Below are positions 61,801-64,000 of a stretch of 64,000 nucleotides of DNA, in pieces. How positions within the stretch are numbered: the stretch's first letter is position 1; the number at the start of each line of letters is the position of its first letter. The notes beneath the pieces are model-generated. The model ran no database searches and was not told the DNA's origin. It was given only the letters and a program-made list of their open reading frames with translations. A program made the translations under genes and the position numbers. The stretch lies in assembly GCF_009914755.1 (NCBI RefSeq), contig NC_060936.1; one strand, written 5' to 3'. Source of the DNA: the human T2T-CHM13v2.0 reference genome, Homo sapiens.

Positions 61801-64000
61801 AATCTGCTCTTTCTGAAGGAAGGTTCAACTCTGTGAGTTGAATACACACACCACAAATAAGTTACTGAGAATTCTTCTGTGTAACATTATATGAGGAAAT
61901 CCCGTTTCCAACGAAGGCCTCAAAGAGGTCCAAATATCCACTTGCAGACTTTACAAAGACAGTGTCTCCAAACTCCTCCATCAAAAGAAAGGTTATACTC
62001 TGTGAATTGAACGCACACATCACAAAGTAGTTTCTGAGAATGATTCTGTCTAGTTTTTATACGAAGATATTTCCTTTTCTACATTTGGCCTAAAAGCGCT
62101 TGAAATCTCCACCTGCAAATATCACAAAAAGAGGGTTTCACATCTGCTCTGTCTAAAGGACAGTTCACCTCTGTGAGTTGAATAGAGGCAACACAAAGAA
62201 CTTACTCAGTATTCTTCTTTCTAGCGTTCTATGAAGAAATCCCGTTTCCAACGAAGGCCTCAAAGAGGTCAAATATCTGCTTGCAGACTTTACAGACAGA
62301 GTGTTTCCAAACTACTCTATGAAAAGAAAGCTTAAACTCCTTGAGTTGAACGCACACATCACAAAGTAGTTTCTGAGAATGATTCTGTCTAGTTTTTATA
62401 CGAAGATGTTTCCTTTTCTACATTTGGTCTCAAAGCGATTGAAATCTCCAACTGGAAACTGCACAAATAGGCTGTTTCAAATCTGCTCTGTCTAAAGGAA
62501 GGTTCAGCTCTGTGTGTTGAATACACACACCACAAATAAGTTACTGAGAATTCTTCTGTCGAACATTACTTGAAGAAATCCCGTTTCCAACGAAGGCCTC
62601 AAAGAGGTCCAAATATCCACTTGCGGACATTACAAACAGTGTGTTTCCCAACTGCTCCATCAAAAGAAAGGTTAAACTCTGTGAGCTGAACACACACATC
62701 AAAAAGAAGTTTCTGTGAATGATTCTGTCTAGATTTTATAAGAAGATGTTTCCTTTTCTACCGTAGGCCTCAAAGCGCTTGAAATCTCCAGCTGCAAATT
62801 CCACAAAAAGGGTGTTTAACATCTGCTCTTCTAAAGGAAAGTTCAACTCTATGAGTTGAATACACACAGCACAAAGAAGTTACTGAGACTTCTCCTATCA
62901 AACATTATATGAAGAAATCCCGTTTCCAACGAAGGCCTCAAAGAGGTCCAAATGTCTGCTTGCAGACTTTACAGACAGAGTGTTTCCAAACTGCTCCATC
63001 AAAAGAAAGGTTAAACTCCTTGAGTTGAACACACACATCACAAAGTAGTTTCTGTGAATGATTCTGTCTAGTTTTTATACGAAGATGTTTCCTTTTCTAC
63101 CTTTGGTCTCAAAGCGATTGAAATCTCCACATGGAAACTCCACAAAAAGAGTGTTTCAAATCTGCTCTTTCTGAAGGAAGGTTCAACTCTGTGAGTTGAA
63201 TACACACACCACAAATAAGTTACTGAGAATTCTTCTGTGTAACATTATATGAGGAAATCCCGTTTCCAACGAAGGCCTCAAAGAGGTCCAAATATCCACT
63301 TGCAGACTTTACAAAGACAGTGTCTCCAAACTCCTCCATCAAAAGAAAGGTTATACTCTGTGAATTGAACGCACACATCACAAAGTAGTTTCTGAGAATG
63401 ATTCTGTCTAGTTTTTATACGAAGATATTTCCTTTTCTACATTTGGCCTAAAAGCGCTTGAAATCTCCACCTGCAAATATCACAAAAAGAGGGTTTCACA
63501 TCTGCTCTGTCTAAAGGACAGTTCACCTCTGTGAGTTGAATAGAGGCAACACAAAGAACTTACTCAGTATTCTTCTTTCTAGCGTTCTATGAAGAAATCC
63601 CGTTTCCAACGAAGGCCTCAAAGAGGTCAAATATCTGCTTGCAGACTTTACAGACAGAGTGTTTCCAAACTACTCTATGAAAAGAAAGCTTAAACTCCTT
63701 GAGTTGAACGCACACATCACAAAGTAGTTTCTGAGAATGATTCTGTCTAGTTTTTATACGAAGATGTTTCCTTTTCTACATTTGGTCTCAAAGCTCTTGA
63801 AATCTCCAACTGGAAACTGCACAAATAGGCTGTTTCAAATCTGCTCTGTCTAAAGGAAGGTTCAACTCTGTGAGTTGAATACACACACCACAAATAAGTT
63901 ACTGAGAATTCTTCTGTGGAACATTACTTGAAGAAATCCCGTTTCCAACGAAGGCCTCAAAGAGGTCCAAATATCCACTTGCAGACGTTACAAACAGAGT

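Larger units (their letters stand above)
1..64000 (-). repeat. Alpha-satellite higher-order repeat array, SF1 dimeric type, 8-mer HOR (1358-1359 bp) with 12-mer variants; most likely D12Z3 (human chr12 active centromeric array)
   Basis: ~170 bp monomer and ~340 bp dimer periodicity throughout. The reverse complement reads AACTAGACAGAATCATTCTCAGAAACTACTTTGTGATGTGTGCGTTCAACTC and GAATTCTCAGTAACTT, typical of the SF1 EcoRI-dimer consensus as I recall it. The canonical 8-mer has one HindIII site (aagctt, e.g. 1197-1202), one PvuII site (cagctg, e.g. 299-304), one XbaI site and two EcoRI sites ~680 bp apart. The alpha-satellite call is near certain. The chr12 assignment rests on recalled literature (8-mer, HindIII/PvuII) and is about 0.7. 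Confidence 0.97.

Noticed and set aside
1-64000. CRISPR-like appearance (conserved gaaatcccgtttccaacgaaggcc recurring regularly)
   Set aside because: The intervening ~315 bp segments are themselves repeats, not unique spacers. There are no cas genes, and the motif is the CENP-B box region.
1-64000. Alternative array identities (D18Z1, D20Z2, D14Z9/D22Z1, D10Z1)
   Set aside because: The first group is SF2, whereas these monomers match SF1 diagnostics. D10Z1 is an SF1 8-mer classically defined by RsaI (gtac), which I did not see in the unit. Not fully excluded without an alignment.
1-64000. Transposon insertion, inversion or unique-sequence island
   Set aside because: Read end to end, every segment fits the dimer register in the same orientation, with no Alu/L1 sequence or poly-A tail.

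Overview
The whole 64 kb window is one uninterrupted, single-orientation array of primate (human-type) centromeric alpha-satellite DNA. It is built from ~170 bp monomers arranged as ~340 bp dimers, with a CENP-B box in every second monomer (TCCCGTTTCCAACGAAG on +, i.e. CTTCGTTGGAAACGGGA on -). Four dimer types (A-B-C-D) form an 8-monomer higher-order repeat (HOR) of 1358-1359 bp. By manual count there are 41 complete HOR units: 29 8-mers and 12 12-mers of ~2038 bp. The monomers look like suprachromosomal family 1 (J1/J2 dimer). The 8-mer has single HindIII and PvuII sites, which best fits the active chromosome 12 array D12Z3; this is an inference and has not been database-verified. I see no genes, RNA genes, transposons or inversions, and nothing that supports a novel coding system. 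The interesting content is the layered duplication history readable from shared variants: a 4755 bp (28-mer) super-repeat, a 19,699 bp near-perfect duplication, an older ~34 kb-offset paralog, hybrid monomers, conversion tracts and a few broken CENP-B boxes.
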